Shown piece after piece: positions 59,928 to 64,000 of a stretch of 64,000 bases of DNA. The notes under the pieces were generated by a model. The model made no database searches, was not told where the DNA came from, and worked only from the letters and a program-made list of their open reading frames with translations. How positions within the stretch are numbered: position 1 is the stretch's first letter; each line of letters opens with the position of its first letter. Origin of the DNA: an uncultured Acidobacteriota bacterium (lineage in GTDB: Bacteria; Acidobacteriota; Vicinamibacteria; Vicinamibacterales; SCN-69-37); contig CAWFLT010000001.1 in the NCBI GenBank assembly GCA_963816795.1, forward strand, positions 375,259-439,258. Reading direction: 5' to 3'. Position numbers and translations under genes: made by a program.

Positions 59928-62900
59928 ATGCGGCGTCTGGCGCTGGTACTTCTCTCTGCGGTCCTGCTGACCGTTCTGGCCGTGCCTGCGTTCGCGCAGA
60001 CGACCATTTCCGGTCAGGTCACGAGCAGCGGTACGGGAATCGCGGGGGTCAGCGTCATCGCGTTTCCCATCGCGGGTGGAAGCGGGCCGGCCACGGTCAC
60101 AGACGCCAACGGCAATTACACGATACCGGGGCTCACTCCAGGGACTTCCTACCGGGTCATCACGGCGAACCTGCTCGGGTACGTGGACGAGCAGTACAAC
60201 AACGTCCAGTGCATCCCAGGCGGGTGTTCCCCTGGGCTCTCCCACTCGCCACAAGCGGCGGGTGCCACCGGCATCAATTTCGATCTCACCGTCGGGGGAC
60301 GGATCTCGGGAACGGTCACGGGAGGCGGCAGCCCGCTCGCCTCGGTCCTGGTGAACGTGCGCAACGCGCAAGGGCTCACCGTGTCGACGACCAATACGAA
60401 CGCGGCGGGTCAGTATCAGTTTCCGGCCTTGCCGATTCCGGTCAGCTACTCCGTTCACGTCGCCGACGTCGGCTTCTACATGAGACAGCAGACGAGCCTG
60501 TTCACCCTCACCGGCGACCAGCCGGGAACGAACTTCAACCTGGTGCAGGGCGGCAGGATCTCAGGCGTCGTCACCAGCGCATCGACCGGCGCGCCGTTGA
60601 GCGGTATCAGCCTGATTGTGTACGACGCCAATGGCACGCTGGTCGGGGGCGTGGGAGGGGTGACGTCGGGCACAGGTACTTTTGCCACGGCTCTGCTCGC
60701 GCCCGGCTCGTACTACCTGCAGGCTCAAAACTTTCAGGGCTTCATCGACAAGGTCTGGCAGAACCTGCCGTGCACGCCCAACTGCGTCGTGACGCAGGGC
60801 AGCAACATCGTCGTCACGGCCGGCCAGACGAACGCCAACACGAACTTCGCGCTCGACCTGCAGTCGCGGATCACGGGAACGGTCACGAATGCCGCCACGG
60901 GCGGCGCGCTACTCGGCGTCGCCGTGCAGGTCTTCAATTCCGCCGGGACGCTGGTCACGACCGCGTTCCCGACGAGCAACGGCGGGGCCTACGCCACCGG
61001 CCACCTCGCGCCGGGAACTTATTACGTCCGGACACAGAACAGCCTGGGCTTCCTCGATAGGGGCTGGCAGAACTTGCCGTGCACGCCGAGTTGCGTCGTG
61101 ACGCAGGGGAACCAGCTGACGATCGTCGCCGGCCAGGCGATCGAAAACATCAACTTCGCGCTCACACTCGCCGGCAGGATCACGGGCACGATCAGAGATG
61201 CGGGCACCGGTGTTGGCATCGGCGGCGTCACCGTGCAGGTCTTCAACGCTGCCGGGACGCAGGTCACGTCGATCAACACCAGCACGCAGGCGGCCACGCT
61301 GGGGACCTACACGACCGCGGCGCTCGCCGACGGCTCGTACTTCGTCCGGACGACGAACAACCTCGGGTACATCAACCAGCTGCACAGCGGCCAGCCATGC
61401 GCGCCAAACTGCACGGTCACGACGGGCACACCGGTCGCGGTCACAGCGCCTAACCTCGCGACCGTCGACTTCAACCTCACGGTCGGGGCGCGGATCTCCG
61501 GCACGGTCACCGACGACAACGGCGGTGCACCGATCGGCGGGGTGACGGTCCAGCTGTTCAACTCGAGCGGCGTATCGGTGATCGGCTCGGGCACGGTGGC
61601 CAGCGGCACGTATAACCTCAGCGGTCTGGCGCCAGGCACGTACTACCTGAGGACGTTCAACACGCTCGGGTATCTCGATGAGGCGTACAACAACATCGTG
61701 TGCCTGTCGTGCCAGTTGACAACGACGGGTGTACCCATCGTGCTCACGAGCGGCGAGCAGCGCGTGATTCCGATCGGCCTCGCCAGGGGCGCTCAAGTCA
61801 CCGGGCGAGTGACCGATGCCGGCGGCACCGGCCTTGGCCAGGTCACCATCACGGTCTTCGATGTTACTGGCCGCCAGCTCGTCGTCACGACGACGAGTAG
61901 CGCCGCGAGTACGCTCGGCAACTACGCGACGTCCGGGGTGCCCGAAGGCGCGGTCTTCGTGCGCGCCGTCCCTCCGGCAGGCACGCCCTACATCGCCGAA
62001 GTGTTCGACAATCTCCCCTGCATGCCGTGCCGCGTGATCGACGGTACGCCCATCCCGGTCACGACGGGCATCGTGACGCCGAACATCAACTTCGCGCTTG
62101 AAGCAGGCGGACGCATTTCCGGCAGCGTGACCGACGACGGGACCGGAGCGCCGATCACAGGAATCGCCGTCGACGTCATCACCAGCAGCGGCGGGACCCT
62201 GCTCACCGCGACGACCAATGCCGCTGGCGCCTACACGACGCCGGGTCTGCCGGCCGGCTCGTACTTCGCGCGCACGCGGGTGTTGTCGACGACACCCGCG
62301 CAGTCGCTGGGCTATATCAGCGTCGTCTTCGATGACATCGCGTGTTCGGGGTGCAACCCGGTGACGGGGACGCCGATTCCCGTCACTCCGGGTCAAATCG
62401 CGGGCAACATCAACTTCGCACTCGATCAAGGGGGCCGGGTCGCCGGCCGCGTGCGGGACGCGGCCATGCAGGGCCTGGCCGGTATCGTGGTCCGCGTCTA
62501 CAGCTCGGGCGGACTGCAGGCGTCGGCGACGGCCACGAGTGCGAACGGCGAATACCTCCTGCCGGACGGCCTCGCGGCAGGGACCTACTACGTGCGGACC
62601 GACAACGCCCTCTACGTCGATGCGCTGTACAACGGGCTGCTGTGCACTCCCGGCTGCACGCCGACGAGCGGGACCGGCATCGCGGTGTCGACGGGCGTGA
62701 CGGGGGGCGTGGATTTCACGCTCGAGCCCGCGGGCCGCATCGCCGGCACGATTACCGACGCGCAGGGTCAGCCCTTGAGCGGGATTACCGCGAGCGTTCT
62801 CAATCAGGCTGGCGTGACTGTCGCGAGCGGTCTCACCGACGCGAGTGGCGCCTACCTGACCGACGGCCTCGTTCCGGGTGACTACTACGTCCGGACGATC

Positions 62901-64000
62901 AATAGCGTCGGGCTCATCAATGAGGTGCACAAACTCCCTGCCGCCGAGCCCTGTCTCGGCTGCGACCCGCAGATCTCCGGGACGGCGATCACCGTCGCGG
63001 CGGGCGCGACCACCGGCGGCATCGACTTCTCGCTCGACGCAGGAGCACGCGTCTCGGGTACTGTGACGGCCTCGGGCGGCGCGCCTCTCGCCGGCGTGAT
63101 CGTCGATCTCTACGTCGGTCAGGCGACGAAGCCGGCCACGGGCGGCACGACGAACGCGCTCGGCGTGTATGTCACTCGCGCGGGTCTGCCCGCGGGCACC
63201 GTCATCGCTCGCACCGGCAATTCACTCGGGTACGCGAACCAGCAGAACGATCAGGTCGTCGTCAATCCGCCGTCGACGACAGCGAACATTGATTTCACGC
63301 TGAGCCCCGACCTTGACACGGACGGCGATGGCATCTTGAGCAGCATCGACACCTCGCCGGCCTCTTCTCCGACACGTTCTCCGACGCTGCGTGGGGGGGG
63401 ACCACGTCAGGCACGATTGTCATGCGGAGCGGGTGGACCCTCGCCCTCTCCGACACGAGCCCGGGCGGCGTCCTCGCGAGTCTTTCGGGCGCGGGATCGG
63501 GAGCGGCCGTCATGGAGACCTGCGCCGTCAGCGGGGCCGAGGAAGTCCGGCTCGACGCTGCGGGCGAGGCCGTCAGCCTCCAGTGTGCGGACGGCACCGG
63601 CAGCACCACGGTCCGGGCCATCGCCGCGTTCCCGTTCGTCGAGCTCCGGAAAACGGTCGGCGGCGTGACGACGATCGTCCAGCTGGCGCCCGGGCAGATC
63701 GCCACGCTGGGCAGCCCGGTCGTCGCCGATCCGGCAAACCTCGAGCCGGTTCAGGTGAGGATCCTCGATCAGACCGGCGTCGAGATCGGAACGTTTGCGC
63801 TCGATCCTGGCGAATCAGCGGAGGCGACGCAATCGGCGGCCGGCATCGTCACCGTGACGGTCTTCAGCGGGGTGGTCACGGCCACGGTCGCGGGCGAAAC
63901 CGCCACGATCGGGATCGGCCAATCCCACGGGTTCAATATCTGCACGCCGCTCGCGATCGAGCAGCTCACCGCGAGTCCCAACAGTCTGCGGCCGCCAAAC
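59928..64000 (+). CDS. Giant secreted repeat protein: 11 tandem ~100-aa carboxypeptidase-regulatory-like modules, then a DTDGDG calcium-binding-like motif and a further domain (3' end beyond the window); one frameshift near 63350
   Basis: GGAGG then ATG 59928, signal MRRLALVLLSAVLLTVLAVPAFA. Module pattern: GRISGTVT..G.PL.GV.V.V....G......T...G.Y....L..G.YYVRT.N..G(Y/F).D..(Y/W)....C.P.C....G..I.V..G....NINFAL. After about 63350 the high-GC3 frame shifts (FSDTFSDAAWGGTTSGTIVMRSGW...) and stays open to base 64000. Confidence 0.75.

Noticed and set aside
60909-62930. 673-aa minus-strand ORF
   Set aside because: It is antisense to the giant repeat protein, arginine-rich, and kept open only by GC content and repeat structure.
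63393-63400. G8 homopolymer as a phase-variation switch causing the frameshift in the giant surface protein
   Set aside because: It is the longest homopolymer I noticed in the window. However, GC3 indicates that the frame change occurs ~40 nt upstream (~63350), and the G8 run is read in frame (W-G-G) afterwards. It is still worth checking read-length heterogeneity there.
1-64000. tRNA, rRNA, tmRNA or other structured RNA genes
   Set aside because: Scanning the lower-GC intergenic stretches, I found no GGTTCGAATCC-type T-arm or other hallmark. This is a visual scan only, not a covariance-model search.

Overview
High-GC (about two-thirds G+C by eye) chromosomal segment with an Acidobacteriota-type gene content. 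It has four full-length ADOP/MacB-like duplicated permeases plus one relic, two with PadR regulators. It also has an Oar-like TonB-dependent receptor, a PEP-CTERM protein, a VWFA-related acidobacterial-domain protein and NHL-repeat proteins. I support about 55 protein-coding loci; I found no rRNA, tRNA or CRISPR. Housekeeping or accessory modules: modABC, metX-metY-CoA-binding operon, LigC-type ligase plus Prim-PolC-type polymerase, AlkB, an AlkD-like alkylation-repair gene beside a truncated archaeal-type FEN-1, two regulator clusters, and a giant secreted protein with 11 tandem ~100-aa repeats that runs off the window end. Three points stand out. (1) About 36 frame disruptions are inferred from homology continuity. 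About 31 of them need exactly one base to be skipped, and they are roughly 10x concentrated in 23-36 kb (TonB receptor, PEP-CTERM protein, ExeM/NucH nuclease). That pattern suggests insertion-type consensus errors at least as much as real pseudogenes. (2) Three families of intergenic repeats share one grammar: a 7-nt core in 8-10-nt tandem units, arranged as inverted arrays, mostly between convergent genes. Family A is GGGGCCCCACCCCC plus CTCCGTG, family B is CTTCAYG/RTGAAG, family C is CCATTGC/CGATTGC. Two of them bracket small genes like cassettes. (3) The bacterial host carries an archaeal/eukaryotic-type flap endonuclease cut off exactly at a family-B hairpin. I see no recognisable defence island or obviously novel multi-gene system. 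All calls rest on reading the sequence and the ORF track without database searches.
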